Of a DNA stretch of 64,000 nt, positions 19,531 through 28,891 are shown in pieces. The position numbers were made by a program, and so were the translations under genes. The DNA is from a virus: positions 32,001 to 96,000 of the IMG/VR virus record IMGVR_UViG_3300007512_000012; one strand, written 5' to 3'. Position 1 is the first letter of the stretch. Each line of letters begins with the position of its first letter. The notes under the pieces are model-generated. The model saw only the letters and a program-made list of their open reading frames with translations. It searched no databases and had not been told where the DNA came from.

Positions 19531-20153
19531 TCGATGCCTCCGATGTCGAACTCGTGGCGGGCGAGGACAGAGAGCTTCCCCTCCCGCGTCAGGTGCAGCT
19601 CCACGGCGTCGATGTCCTGCATCCACGCCTGGAGTGCCTTCATGTTCTTGAGGGTGCCGTTGGGGCCGTGCGGGGCATGGACCACCAGGTCGTTGCCCCC
19701 TTCCACTGGCTCCAGCAGGTCTTCGGGGTCCTCGTGCAGCATCTCCGGCGGGAGAGCCACCGCCTCGATGGCGTCCTCGGGGTCGAGGTTCTGGCCCTCG
19801 GCCTCCAGCTCGGCCTTGACGGCCAGCAGGACTTCGTTGCCCACGCTGCCGCCGAGCTGCTCCTTGCACGCCTTGTTCGCGGCGTACCCGGTGCCCCCGG
19901 CAGACATCACCTCACGGACGAGCGCCCGCTTCTTCGCGGCCAGCTCCCGGCGGGCCTCGCCTCGGGCCGCCTTCGCCTCCCGCTCGGCCTCCCGCTCGGC
20001 GGCCAGCTTCCGGGCCTTCGTCCCTTGCCGCCACTCACCGAACTTCCGGGTGGCGACCCCGGAGCCGTACTCCTCGCGGAGAGTCGCGTTGATCTCCGCA
20101 TTCGTCCGACCCTCATCGACCAGCTCGATTGCTCGCTGCCACTTCTCGTTCAA
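19527..20153 (-). CDS. Putative HTH DNA-binding protein
   Basis: TTG start after AGGAGG; AIELVDEGRTNAEIN..LREEYGSGV, with a similar second segment ending CKEQLGGSV. Confidence 0.55.
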   Translation of the reverse strand: MNEKWQRAIELVDEGRTNAEINATLREEYGSGVATRKFGEWRQGTKARKLAAEREAEREAKAARGEARRELAAKKRALVREVMSAGGTGYAANKACKEQLGGSVGNEVLLAVKAELEAEGQNLDPEDAIEAVALPPEMLHEDPEDLLEPVEGGNDLVVHAPHGPNGTLKNMKALQAWMQDIDAVELHLTREGKLSVLARHEFDIGGIE

Positions 20154-20194
20154 CGGACACCTCCTTGCCGCACCGTTTACCCGGTAGACGCAGA

Positions 20195-20225
20195 AGTGTA
20201 TCCCCCGAAAATCGGGGGGTGTCAA
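20195..20225 (-). promoter_or_regulatory. Sigma70-type promoter TTGACA-N19-TACACT with a dyad in the spacer
   Basis: Consensus -35; spacer contains the inverted repeat CCCCCGA-TTT-TCGGGGG. Confidence 0.6.
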
Positions 20226-20234
20226 ATCGAAGGG

Positions 20235-20558
20235 CTAGTCCTGGCTGATTTTCGGGTCCTCGAAGGCCCACTTCTCGAAGATGTCGTCCTGCCGGATCGT
20301 GGGTCGCTTGCCCGTCAGGAGCCAGCGCAGCAGGTGGTACTCGCAGGGGACGTAGCCCTGCTGGTCCTGCTCGGAGAACCGGCGGCGGGGGTCGTACTTG
20401 AAGACGTTGATCCGGTGGGAGAGCCGCAGACCCGTGCGTGTCCAGTACAGGGGCTTGGGGCGAGCTGCGCTGATACCGAACCGGATGCCGCAGCAGGTGG
20501 GGATGCCGTGCTTGTGGCCTTCCTCGGCCCACGACCACACTTCTCGCAGAAAGCTCAT
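20235..20558 (-). CDS. Hypothetical protein
   Basis: GIPTCC...GYVPCEYH. Confidence 0.55.
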   Translation of the reverse strand: MSFLREVWSWAEEGHKHGIPTCCGIRFGISAARPKPLYWTRTGLRLSHRINVFKYDPRRRFSEQDQQGYVPCEYHLLRWLLTGKRPTIRQDDIFEKWAFEDPKISQD

Positions 20559-20619
20559 TCCCACCTGTCCGGTTCGCTGGTCCTCCTGCGTCTACCCCCT
20601 GAACGCGATGGAGGACCCC

Positions 20620-20769
20620 ATGAACGACGAGGACGTGCAGCCGCCGTCAGACGACCTGCTGGAGCGGGCTGTGGACTGGTTGCAGGACAACCGCGAGAGG
20701 CTGCCGGACGAGCTGGCCGAAGCGTTGATCGACCTGTGGATCGACCACCAGCACCCGCCGGACCCCTAG
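20620..20769 (+). CDS. Small acidic hypothetical protein
   Basis: GGAGG RBS, 49 aa. Confidence 0.45.
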   Translation: MNDEDVQPPSDDLLERAVDWLQDNRERLPDELAEALIDLWIDHQHPPDP

Positions 20770-21113
20770 ATGTTCCAGGCCAGGGGCTTCGTGTAGGGGT
20801 CGCACTGGACCGAGTAGAACTCGGGAGGCGGGCGCACCACCGCGTCGGCCGTGGCGATGTTGATCTCGCCCCCGTCCACCGGGGAGCCGTCCGGCTCGAC
20901 CAGGCGGAAGATGTGCCCCTTCTTGAGCTGACCCCACTCGGCCTTCGCCCACCCGGACATAGTGAACACCTGCACCTTCCGCAGCTCCGGGTCCGCGAGC
21001 ACGGTGCGGGGGATGTCGAGGGACAGGGGCGGGGTCGAAGCCAGGCCGGTCGCGGGGACGGCGGCGGCGACCAGAGTTGCTGCGCTGGTGAGGATGAAGT
21101 CGCGTCGGTTCAC
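20766..21113 (-). CDS. Protein with a twin-arginine (Tat) signal peptide
   Basis: AGGAGGTG RBS, GTG start, MNRRDFILTSAATLVAAAVPATGLA. Confidence 0.65.
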   Translation of the reverse strand: MNRRDFILTSAATLVAAAVPATGLASTPPLSLDIPRTVLADPELRKVQVFTMSGWAKAEWGQLKKGHIFRLVEPDGSPVDGGEINIATADAVVRPPPEFYSVQCDPYTKPLAWNI

Positions 21114-21141
21114 GGGCACCTCCTGTGAGCACCCTACCCGG

Positions 21142-22035
21142 CTACAGGAAGTTCCGGGGCGAGAGGACGCCACGACCGACGCGGGGACCGAAGGCCGAGC
21201 GGATGCCGATGCCGTAGCGGGGCTGCTGGAGCCCCCGGATGAACTTCACGGTCCGCTGCTTCGCCTCGGTGGCCTTGTCGAACTGCCCCTCGGCGTTCGA
21301 CTTGAGGCTCTCGTACTTCGACGACTTCTCGATGGAGAGGCTGACGCCGCCGATGGAGTAGTCGAACTCCTCGTGGACCCAGTTGATGGCGAGGGCCATG
21401 AGGGCGAACATCATCGCCCCGTAGTGGATGGCGGTCTGCCAGTCGTTGCTGCCGCTCATCAGGCAGTCCAGGTCGCTGATGCCCGTCCGGGGCGGGAACA
21501 TATTCCACCAGTCCAGAGCGCGCTCCAGGTAGGTGAACAGCTCCTCGTCGGTCCAGACGTAGCCGAAGACCCGGTTGTACTCGCCGATGTCGCACTCGTG
21601 CTCGGGCGGGCGGAAGTGGTAGTTCCGGTCCGGGTTGTTGTCCCGCAGCATGATCCGCAGCGTGTTGATGAGCTGCTGCTCGACATCGCTGTACGGGCTC
21701 GCCGCGATCTCCGTGTCGGTGATGACCGCGAACTCCTGAACCACCTGCATGAGCGGGGTGCCCACGGCCTCGCGGATCGTCCACCGGATGCGGTAGGTCC
21801 CGACCGTCGCGTTCGCCGGGACCATCAGGGCCGCGTAGAACTCGCCCACGGCCGGGTTCTCGGGCACCCGGTCGGCCAGGCCGATGAGCACCTCCAGCTC
21901 GGGCGGGCCGGGGTCCACGTAGAAGATCGAGTAGGTGATCTCCGCCGGGTTGATGGGGGCCTGGCTGGAGTCCTTGATGAAGATGTCCAGGTCGCCCCGG
22001 CCAATCTCATCGCCTCGGTGGAATGCGACGGCCAT
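21142..22035 (-). CDS. Putative head-to-tail adaptor / neck protein
   Basis: Ig-like N-terminus plus a helical domain (WTDEELFTYLERAL...FDYSIGGVSLSI). Confidence 0.6.
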   Translation of the reverse strand: MAVAFHRGDEIGRGDLDIFIKDSSQAPINPAEITYSIFYVDPGPPELEVLIGLADRVPENPAVGEFYAALMVPANATVGTYRIRWTIREAVGTPLMQVVQEFAVITDTEIAASPYSDVEQQLINTLRIMLRDNNPDRNYHFRPPEHECDIGEYNRVFGYVWTDEELFTYLERALDWWNMFPPRTGISDLDCLMSGSNDWQTAIHYGAMMFALMALAINWVHEEFDYSIGGVSLSIEKSSKYESLKSNAEGQFDKATEAKQRTVKFIRGLQQPRYGIGIRSAFGPRVGRGVLSPRNFL

Positions 22036-22352
22036 CAGTTCACCTGCACGTCTTCGGGCCAGACGATGGTGAGGCCCTCGCTCGGGGCCTCGATGAGGTC
22101 CACGGAGAGCCGGTCCCGAATCGACTCCAGGGCATCTTCATGCACCCGGAGCCGACAGACCACCTCGGCCATCAGGCGTGCCGGGGAGTAGTGGATGAAG
22201 TCGAGGAAGTAGGAGCGCCCCGTGTCCGCCAGCACCCGGAAGGCGTTCACCTCCTCGGACACCTCGGGGGGATCGTCCACCACGACCGGACAGTTCACGC
22301 GATGGTCGGCCAACGCTCTGCCTCCACTACCCAGATCCCATCGAAGCATCAC
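22035..22352 (-). CDS. Hypothetical protein, DUF3467-like; paralog of 33726-34001
   Basis: NAFR...LDF..YS....A.VV.R..V shared with the paralog. Confidence 0.55.
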   Translation of the reverse strand: MMLRWDLGSGGRALADHRVNCPVVVDDPPEVSEEVNAFRVLADTGRSYFLDFIHYSPARLMAEVVCRLRVHEDALESIRDRLSVDLIEAPSEGLTIVWPEDVQVN

Positions 22353-22361
22353 CGGACCCCC

Positions 22362-22727
22362 TTACGGCACGAACTCGATGATGAGCCCCGTCGTGAAGGT
22401 CCCCGACCTGGTGGCGGCGATGAGGACGACCTCGTCGGCCTGCACGAGCAGGTTGCCTCCGCCGTCTTCCCCGTTCACCTCGTAGTACAGCATGTCGCCG
22501 TCCGTGAAGGTGTCGGGGATGGAGTAGACGTAGGTGAACCGACCGACCTCGGCCGGGGTCACTGCGACCATCGCGGCGGCGTTCACGAGGACGTTCTTCG
22601 CCCCCGCCAGGCTGAAGGAGAAGATGGTGATCGTCGGGCCGACCGTGGGGTCGAACGGCGTGTTCGTCCCGTCCAAGAACCTGGCCTGGAAGGTGAAGTC
22701 GGTGTCGATGACCGCCTGCTTGCCCAC
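22362..22727 (-). CDS. Ig-like virion protein
   Basis: Beta-rich, VGRFTYVYSIP. Confidence 0.55.
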   Translation of the reverse strand: MGKQAVIDTDFTFQARFLDGTNTPFDPTVGPTITIFSFSLAGAKNVLVNAAAMVAVTPAEVGRFTYVYSIPDTFTDGDMLYYEVNGEDGGGNLLVQADEVVLIAATRSGTFTTGLIIEFVP

Positions 22728-22728
22728 G

Positions 22729-22974
22729 TCAGTCCTCCATGTGCGTCAGGGTCTTGAGGGCCTTGATCTCGTCAGCGTAGGTCATGGCCGCGACCTTCGC
22801 TCGACGGGTGAAGAACTGGTTCTTCAGGTCGCGGATGTTGTCGGGCTTGGTGAAGACGAACACCGTCCGGTCCCCATCCTTCTCCGTCCCCAGGAACTCC
22901 ACGGCCGCCGTCTTGAGGAAGGCTGCGTAGTAGAGGTCGGCGGTCTTGTACTTGCCGTCGTTGGGCGTGCTCAT
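22729..22974 (-). CDS. Small phage protein (DUF5659-like)
   Basis: YKTADLYYAAFL...RTVFVF...YADEIKALK. Confidence 0.6.
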   Translation of the reverse strand: MSTPNDGKYKTADLYYAAFLKTAAVEFLGTEKDGDRTVFVFTKPDNIRDLKNQFFTRRAKVAAMTYADEIKALKTLTHMED

Positions 22975-23023
22975 GTCGTGCTCCTGCATCGTCCATCCCC
23001 GATCGCGGGGAGGTAGTTCAGCT

Positions 23024-23044
23024 CTACCCACCGGAGGCTATAGG
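23024..23044 (-). promoter_or_regulatory. Putative late promoter CCTAT-N12-GTAG
   Basis: Exact motif just after the upstream terminator. Confidence 0.7.
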
Positions 23045-23062
23045 CAGACGACCGCAGGACCA

Positions 23063-23103
23063 GAAACGCAACGACCCGCAGACCGGGCAGGCCTGCGGGT
23101 CGT
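23063..23103 (-). terminator. Intrinsic terminator
   Basis: 11-bp stem ACGACCCGCAG/CTGCGGGTCGT with a TGCGTTTC tail after the gene ending at 23138. Confidence 0.7.
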
Positions 23104-23137
23104 CACATGGAGGAGCGGGATGGCGACCCGCTGTCGA

Positions 23138-24106
23138 TCAGGCGAGGTTGTTGCCGAGGTGGTCGTAGGCCGCGATGGCCGGGGCGATGCCCGTGGCCGG
23201 GACGACGGTCTGATCCAGGTACGTCGCGCGGGGCCGCCAGGCCAGCACGTCGGCCGCCGCGTAGGCGTGGTTGTTGGTGTTCAGCAGCGTGATGCCCGGA
23301 GCCGCCGCGAGGCCCGAGATGACGCCCGAGGCCACCGACAGGTTGAACGCCCCGGTCCGCACCAGGGTCGGCCGGGCCTGGTAGCCCGCGTCGTCCGCCG
23401 CGAGGAAGTCCCCGGAGGCGTAGAACTGGCCGTAGGTGGTCACGTCCGTCACGAGCTGCGCCGCGACGATGGCCTGCCGGGCCACGAGGCCGAGGAAGTC
23501 CGACGTGCCGCCCGTGTCGTCACCGACGATGGTCAGGAGCGGGACCCGGTAGATCTCGCCCGCCAGGATGCGCAGGATGTCCTCGACCGACCCGAAGGAG
23601 TCGGAGGTGGCCGCCGCCCCGTCCAGGTCGGTGTTCGCCACGACCGCCGACAGGATGACGTTGATCGCCGCCAGGGTGAGCGCGTTGCCCGCCGCAGCCG
23701 CCTGCATGATGTCGATGGCGAGCGCGTTGGCGTTGGCGAACGCGATCGGGTTGGTGCCCGCACCACCCGCACCACCGGGGTCGATGCGGTCCATGATGTA
23801 GGCCGCCAGGCCGAAGGCCGTCTGCTGGGTGGCCTGCACGTTGTTGCCGCCTGCGGCGACGGACGTGCGGTCGTCGATGAAGTTGTGGGCGGCGGCCAAG
23901 GTGGTCTCCTTGGAGCCGCTCACGTAGGCCAGGCCGTTGACGACGGTCGCCCCCGGAACGCCGATCATCTCCGCGAGATAGACGTTCTGGTGCGTGCCGT
24001 CGTAGACGCCGTTCTTCTGGCCCGCGTTGGGGTGAAGATCGTTGAGGTGAATCCCCACGCCGACGAGATCGTTCCGCCGAGGGATGATGAAGACGCGATT
24101 CGCCAT
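23138..24106 (-). CDS. Virion protein, paralog family A member 1
   Basis: RNDL..DLHPNAGQ; GSVEDILRILAGEIYR; C-terminal AYDHLGN. Confidence 0.7.
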   Translation of the reverse strand: MANRVFIIPRRNDLVGVGIHLNDLHPNAGQKNGVYDGTHQNVYLAEMIGVPGATVVNGLAYVSGSKETTLAAAHNFIDDRTSVAAGGNNVQATQQTAFGLAAYIMDRIDPGGAGGAGTNPIAFANANALAIDIMQAAAAGNALTLAAINVILSAVVANTDLDGAAATSDSFGSVEDILRILAGEIYRVPLLTIVGDDTGGTSDFLGLVARQAIVAAQLVTDVTTYGQFYASGDFLAADDAGYQARPTLVRTGAFNLSVASGVISGLAAAPGITLLNTNNHAYAAADVLAWRPRATYLDQTVVPATGIAPAIAAYDHLGNNLA

Positions 24107-24129
24107 TGTGAAGTTCCTCCGGGTTCAGC

Positions 24130-25056
24130 TCAGATGACGTTGCCGAGCACGTCGTACACGACGACGGCCCGTGCGACACCCGTCGCGGGGACGTTGGCGG
24201 CAGCGATGGTCTGCGCCGGGGTAGCACCACCGCCGTAGGTGAACGCCGGGTTCAGGAACGTGAAGGTGGCGTCCTTCAGCTCGGCCAGCACCCCGTCCGT
24301 CGCGGACAGGTGCAGGTGGCCCGTGTCCACCACCTGGCGCACGTCGTTGAAGTTCGTGTCCTGAAGGCCCGTCTGCACGGCCGCCTGGCGGGGCTCGCCG
24401 GGGCGGATGTACGGGAAGGGCGACGTGGACGACCGGCCGCGCAGGGCACGAGCGGCCGTCTGCGTCGTGCGGACGCTGTCGGGCAGCTCGACGTTGGCGG
24501 CCGTGACGAACGCGCCCCGGACCACCGCGTCGAACAGACCGGGGTTCGTCCGAACCTGCGACGCCGCCGGGAGACGCCACCGCTCACCCGCCAGGATGCG
24601 CAGGATCTCCTCGACCGTGCCGGTCGAGTTGCCGAGCGTGCCGTCGAGGTCGGAGCCCGCGACGCCCGCCGGGTTGTTGATGTGGACGTTGATCCGGGCC
24701 AGCGTCAGCGCGACACCGGCCGCCACGTCCGCCTCGATGAGGCCGGAGATCGCCACCGCCTCGGCCGCCGTCAGCGACTCGTTGCCGCCCGTGTCCTCGA
24801 CGTGGTCGAGGAGGTAGGCCGACAGGCCGTAGGTCACGGCGGCGGTGTCGAGAGACGCACCACCGCCCGCACCGGCCACCGTCGCGACGGCGGCGTTCAC
24901 GCCGTCGAGCAGGTAGTGCGTCGAGTAGTGCGTCTGCACGTTGTCCTGCCCGTCGTAGGCGGGCGAGAACTGCGAGGCGTTCGGGCGAAGGTCGAGCACC
25001 TGGAGGAGGGAGTCGTCCAGGTCGTTCCGTGCGAGCACGATGTAGGCGCGGGCCAT
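24130..25056 (-). CDS. Virion protein, paralog family A member 2
   Basis: RNDL..DLRPNASQ; GTVEEILRILAGERWR; C-terminal VYDVLGN. Confidence 0.7.
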   Translation of the reverse strand: MARAYIVLARNDLDDSLLQVLDLRPNASQFSPAYDGQDNVQTHYSTHYLLDGVNAAVATVAGAGGGASLDTAAVTYGLSAYLLDHVEDTGGNESLTAAEAVAISGLIEADVAAGVALTLARINVHINNPAGVAGSDLDGTLGNSTGTVEEILRILAGERWRLPAASQVRTNPGLFDAVVRGAFVTAANVELPDSVRTTQTAARALRGRSSTSPFPYIRPGEPRQAAVQTGLQDTNFNDVRQVVDTGHLHLSATDGVLAELKDATFTFLNPAFTYGGGATPAQTIAAANVPATGVARAVVVYDVLGNVI

Positions 25057-25071
25057 CAGGGTCCTCCAGAG

Positions 25072-26418
25072 TCAGACGAGAAGCGTGCCGTCATCGTCGT
25101 AGACGGTGACGAGACGCTGGTTGAGCAGCGGTGCCTGCCGCTGGAGCGCGAGCGGGCTCAGGGCCGAGCGACGGTCCACGAAGGCCTGCACGTCGGGGTC
25201 GGGGAACAGGTTGACGCCCGCCGCGAACTGGGCGAGCTGCCCGGTGTTGATCGACGCCTGGAAGTGGGTCGAGTCCAGCGTGTCGCGAGCATCGCCGATC
25301 TCGTTGTTCACCACGTCGCCGCCGCCGCCCGCGTTGAAGATCGGCTTGTTGTTGCCGCCGCTGGTCTTCAGCCACTTCACGTCGGCGGTCGTGGCCCCCC
25401 ACTCCCCGGAATCCATGTCGGTGTCCCAGGTGGTGTTGGGCGTGGTGAAGCTGCCGCGCAGCGTGTTCGACCAGATGTGGGCCTGGTCGGGGGCCGTGAC
25501 GGCCGTGAACTTCAGCCCCGCCGCCGGGAGGCGGTAGGTGCGGCCCGCGAGCACCGAGAGGAACTCCAGCACCGTGCCGACCGAGCCGCTCGTGGCCGCC
25601 GCGCCCGTCAGGTCCGCCCCGGCGTTCGCCGTGAGCAGCGCGACGATGGCCGCCAGGTTCATGTTGGCCGTGCCCGCGTCCACCGCCGCCATGATGGCCG
25701 CCGTGGTCGCGGCGATGTTCGCCGCCGTCCAGGCCTCGTTGGTCCGGGCCAGCCGGTTCGGGACCGGCAGGGTGATCCGGGTGGCCGCACCGACGCCCGC
25801 CAGGGCGAGGGTCAGGTCACCCGTGTTGCCGAGCTGGTTGTTCTCACCGCCGCCCGTGTCGAACACCGCGTCGAGCTGGACGACACCGGCACCCGGAGCC
25901 GTGCCGAGGACGTAGATGTTGCCGTTGAGGCCGCGCATCGTGACCTTGGCCGCCGCCGCGTTGATCACGTTGTTGACCAGCTCGACCGCCGTGAGGGCCG
26001 CCGTGCCCTGGATCTGGCAGATGAAGGGGTCGCCCACGGTTCCGGCCGTGGTCGCGTCCGTCGCGCCCGCCGAGAACTCGATGTAGATCACGCCGTCGAT
26101 GACGATGCGGTCGAGGGCGTTCGGGTTCACCGCGAGGGTGATGTTCGCCGTCGCCTGCTCCAGCGCCCCCGGCTCGACCTTGTCCACCAGGTAGGCCCCG
26201 AGGCCGTCGAAGTTCTGGAGGTTGGCGACCGCCGGAGCACCCGCCACGACCCCCGTCACCAGATGGACCGCCGGGGCGTCCAGCACCGGACGCCGCAGGT
26301 AGCGGTTCTGCCCGGCCGGGAAGGTCGGGTTGTTGTGCTGCGACACGTTCGGCCACAGGTCCGTGATCTGGAGGACGCCCTCGGGGACGTTTGCGTTTGC
26401 CAGGCAGATGAACGGCAT
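25072..26418 (-). CDS. Virion protein, paralog family A member 3 (with inserted module)
   Basis: DLWPNVSQ; GTVLEFLSVLAGRTYR; C-terminal VYDDDGT. Confidence 0.7.
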   Translation of the reverse strand: MPFICLANANVPEGVLQITDLWPNVSQHNNPTFPAGQNRYLRRPVLDAPAVHLVTGVVAGAPAVANLQNFDGLGAYLVDKVEPGALEQATANITLAVNPNALDRIVIDGVIYIEFSAGATDATTAGTVGDPFICQIQGTAALTAVELVNNVINAAAAKVTMRGLNGNIYVLGTAPGAGVVQLDAVFDTGGGENNQLGNTGDLTLALAGVGAATRITLPVPNRLARTNEAWTAANIAATTAAIMAAVDAGTANMNLAAIVALLTANAGADLTGAAATSGSVGTVLEFLSVLAGRTYRLPAAGLKFTAVTAPDQAHIWSNTLRGSFTTPNTTWDTDMDSGEWGATTADVKWLKTSGGNNKPIFNAGGGGDVVNNEIGDARDTLDSTHFQASINTGQLAQFAAGVNLFPDPDVQAFVDRRSALSPLALQRQAPLLNQRLVTVYDDDGTLLV

Positions 26419-26470
26419 GATCGACTCTCCGTGTGGGCTCCAGAACCAGTCGCAGGCAGAGCACCCTCGC

Positions 26471-26491
26471 CTACTTCTCCCCGGCTATAGA
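26471..26491 (-). promoter_or_regulatory. Putative late promoter TCTAT-N12-GTAG
   Basis: Motif copy upstream of ATG 26418. Confidence 0.65.
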
Positions 26492-26499
26492 GGAACTAT

Positions 26500-27282
26500 T
26501 CAACCTCGGCCCAGAACTCCGTGGATCGAGTACGGACAGCCACCGGCCGCCGCTGTGGCAAGGACCACGCCCTTCGTGGACCCCGAGTAGATCTGCACCT
26601 CATCACCCGCAGCGACCGTCTGCATGATCTGGTTCGGGCCGAGGGCGACGAGAAGATCCTTCGCCCCGTCCAGGTTGCGGAGCGTGAACTCCACCATCGG
26701 GACGGGGAAGACCAGGTAGAGCGGGCGGGGTGCCGCCGTCGTCAGGTCTTCGTCGAAGGGGGGCACGGCACCCGCCGCAACACCGACCACCGCCGAGGGG
26801 GCGATCCCCTGGAGGGTGAAGGTCGGCTTCGGCAGGGCGTGCATCGCAGCGGGAGGAACGACGTAGATCGCCCCGAGCACCGGGAGCGGACCAGGAACGG
26901 TCAGCAGCCCGACGCCGTTGCGGTTCTCCTGCACGCGCAAGAACAACCACCCCTCGTCCGGCGGGAGCCCGCCAGCGGGGGCGACGTAGTCGTCCATGTC
27001 GAACATCGCGTGCGTGGTTCCGCGAAGGTTCTCATCCACCCGGCCCAGGCCCCTGCGTCGCAGGGCGGGCGAGATGAACTTCGTGTCGCGGTTCACCGTG
27101 AACATCGCGTTCGCACCACCACCACCCACGCCGCTCGCCGCCGGGTTGCCGTAGGCGTCGTCGGGGGTCTGTGCGCCCCAGAACTGGTAGGCCACGACCG
27201 CCGGGTCATTGGGCAGGTACGTGTGGATCAGGTGTGGAGCCCGCTCCAGCAGCCCTGCGTAGTTGTGGAAGGGATTCGCCAT
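26500..27282 (-). CDS. Virion protein, paralog family B member 1
   Basis: H-x-YAGLLER...YQFWGA...AYG.P..SGVGG...RGTTH...QENRNG. Confidence 0.7.
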   Translation of the reverse strand: MANPFHNYAGLLERAPHLIHTYLPNDPAVVAYQFWGAQTPDDAYGNPAASGVGGGGANAMFTVNRDTKFISPALRRRGLGRVDENLRGTTHAMFDMDDYVAPAGGLPPDEGWLFLRVQENRNGVGLLTVPGPLPVLGAIYVVPPAAMHALPKPTFTLQGIAPSAVVGVAAGAVPPFDEDLTTAAPRPLYLVFPVPMVEFTLRNLDGAKDLLVALGPNQIMQTVAAGDEVQIYSGSTKGVVLATAAAGGCPYSIHGVLGRG

Positions 27283-28493
27283 CAGACCGACTCCCCGGCG
27301 ACCACGCCGTGCAGCGAGAAGGCAGCTCCGGCCACTCCGTCAGGGCAGGCCAGGCACACGAACTTCGTGGTCCCGTCCATCAGCGTGAGGAAGTCACCGG
27401 CCGGGATGTTGCGCATCATCTGGTACGGACCGAAGGAGACGAGCAGGTTCACCGCCGACAGGTTGCGGACGGCCAGCTCCTTGAGCTGCTTCGGGAACAC
27501 CAGGAACAGAGCCCTCGGCCCGGCCAGCGTCAGATCCTCGCTGAGGTCCGGCGGAGCGCCTGCGACACTCGCTGTGCTTGAAGGCGCGGTGCCCTGGAGC
27601 GAGAAGCTCGGCTCGCGGGTGCCGAAGAAGGCTGCCGGGGGGACGCAGTAGACCGGCCCGAGGACCGGGTCGTTCGCGTTGGCGACCGCCACCAGCGTCC
27701 CGGCTGCCACCGAGGCGGCGTCCAGGGCGATGCGCGGGGCGTCGGCCGTCGTGATCGTGAAGGCCGCCACGCTGCCGGGCACCAGGGCCGGGGTCCCGTC
27801 CTCCGGCTGGATGACCACCACCGCCGAGGGCGCACCGGGGTTCGTCGCGAAGGTGTGGTAGCCCGCCGGGGCTGCCAGGTCGAGCTGCGCACCGACATCG
27901 GCCGCGTCGTTCAAGGCCGCCGTCAGGTTCGCTGCCGCGTCGTTGTCGCCCGCACCGAGCCCGATGATGAACTCGTCGGCCGGGACACCCGTCCGACCCG
28001 CGATGTTGTTGGCCCCGGCCTGGAACTGGAAGATCAGGCCCTTGATGACCAGCTCGTCCCCGGCCCCCACGGCGGCCAGCGTGACCGTCGTCTCGGGGAT
28101 GCCGAGGTTCTGGAGGAGGCCGATGCCGTTCCGGTTCTCCTGCGCCCGCAGGAACATCCAGCCGGTGTCGGGCTCCAGGGGAACGCCCGCACCGATGTAG
28201 TCCTCCACGTCGTACAGCAGGTGGGTCGTGCCCCGCCTGACCTCCTCGATGAGGCCGAGCCGCTTGCGGCGGAGGGTGGGCGAGCGGAAGCTCGCTCCCC
28301 GGTTGACCGTGAACAGGGCCGCCCGACCCGTGCCGCCCACACCGCTGTCCAGCGGGTCGCCGTAGGCGTTGTCCACCGTGTCGGCACCCCAGAACTGGTA
28401 GCCCACCACCTCCGCCTGGTCGCGCACGTAGGCGTGGACGAGGTTCTTCGACCTCTCCAGCAGACCGGCGTAGGTGTGGAGGGGCGAACTCAT
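27282..28493 (-). CDS. Virion protein, paralog family B member 2 (with inserted module)
   Basis: Same N- and C-terminal motifs as 26500-27282 plus an insert of about 140 aa. Confidence 0.7.
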   Translation of the reverse strand: MSSPLHTYAGLLERSKNLVHAYVRDQAEVVGYQFWGADTVDNAYGDPLDSGVGGTGRAALFTVNRGASFRSPTLRRKRLGLIEEVRRGTTHLLYDVEDYIGAGVPLEPDTGWMFLRAQENRNGIGLLQNLGIPETTVTLAAVGAGDELVIKGLIFQFQAGANNIAGRTGVPADEFIIGLGAGDNDAAANLTAALNDAADVGAQLDLAAPAGYHTFATNPGAPSAVVVIQPEDGTPALVPGSVAAFTITTADAPRIALDAASVAAGTLVAVANANDPVLGPVYCVPPAAFFGTREPSFSLQGTAPSSTASVAGAPPDLSEDLTLAGPRALFLVFPKQLKELAVRNLSAVNLLVSFGPYQMMRNIPAGDFLTLMDGTTKFVCLACPDGVAGAAFSLHGVVAGESV

Positions 28494-28891
28494 GCGCGCT
28501 TACCCCGGTTCTTCGCCGCGCGAGCACGCTTGTCGTACTCGGTGGTGTCCTTGCCCTTCGAGGCGGCCAGCTTCCCGGCCTCGGTCCAGTTGTCCACCCG
28601 CTCGCCTTCGACGTTGGGGGCCAGGCCGAACTGCGGGCCGTCCATCTTGAGCTGGTGCTCGCGCTGTCCGACCCGAGCACGCCGCTCGGCCATCTGGCGC
28701 TTCACCTGGATGTTCTTGCCGGGCCACACGTCGCCCCGCAGGACTCCGCCGACGCCGGGGGCGATCTTCTTCTCGGCCGGGGCCTCGCAGTCCGGGCACA
28801 CCTGCGGGGCGTTCCGGTTCGTGATGGACAGGGTTCGGAAGAAGGCGGTCCCGCACTCCTTGTCGCTGCACTCGTAGGCGTAGTCAGGCAT
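28490..28891 (-). CDS. FmdB-family zinc-ribbon protein (second copy)
   Basis: MPDYAYECSDKECG...CPDC; GGAGGTG RBS. Confidence 0.8.
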   Translation of the reverse strand: MPDYAYECSDKECGTAFFRTLSITNRNAPQVCPDCEAPAEKKIAPGVGGVLRGDVWPGKNIQVKRQMAERRARVGQREHQLKMDGPQFGLAPNVEGERVDNWTEAGKLAASKGKDTTEYDKRARAAKNRGKRA

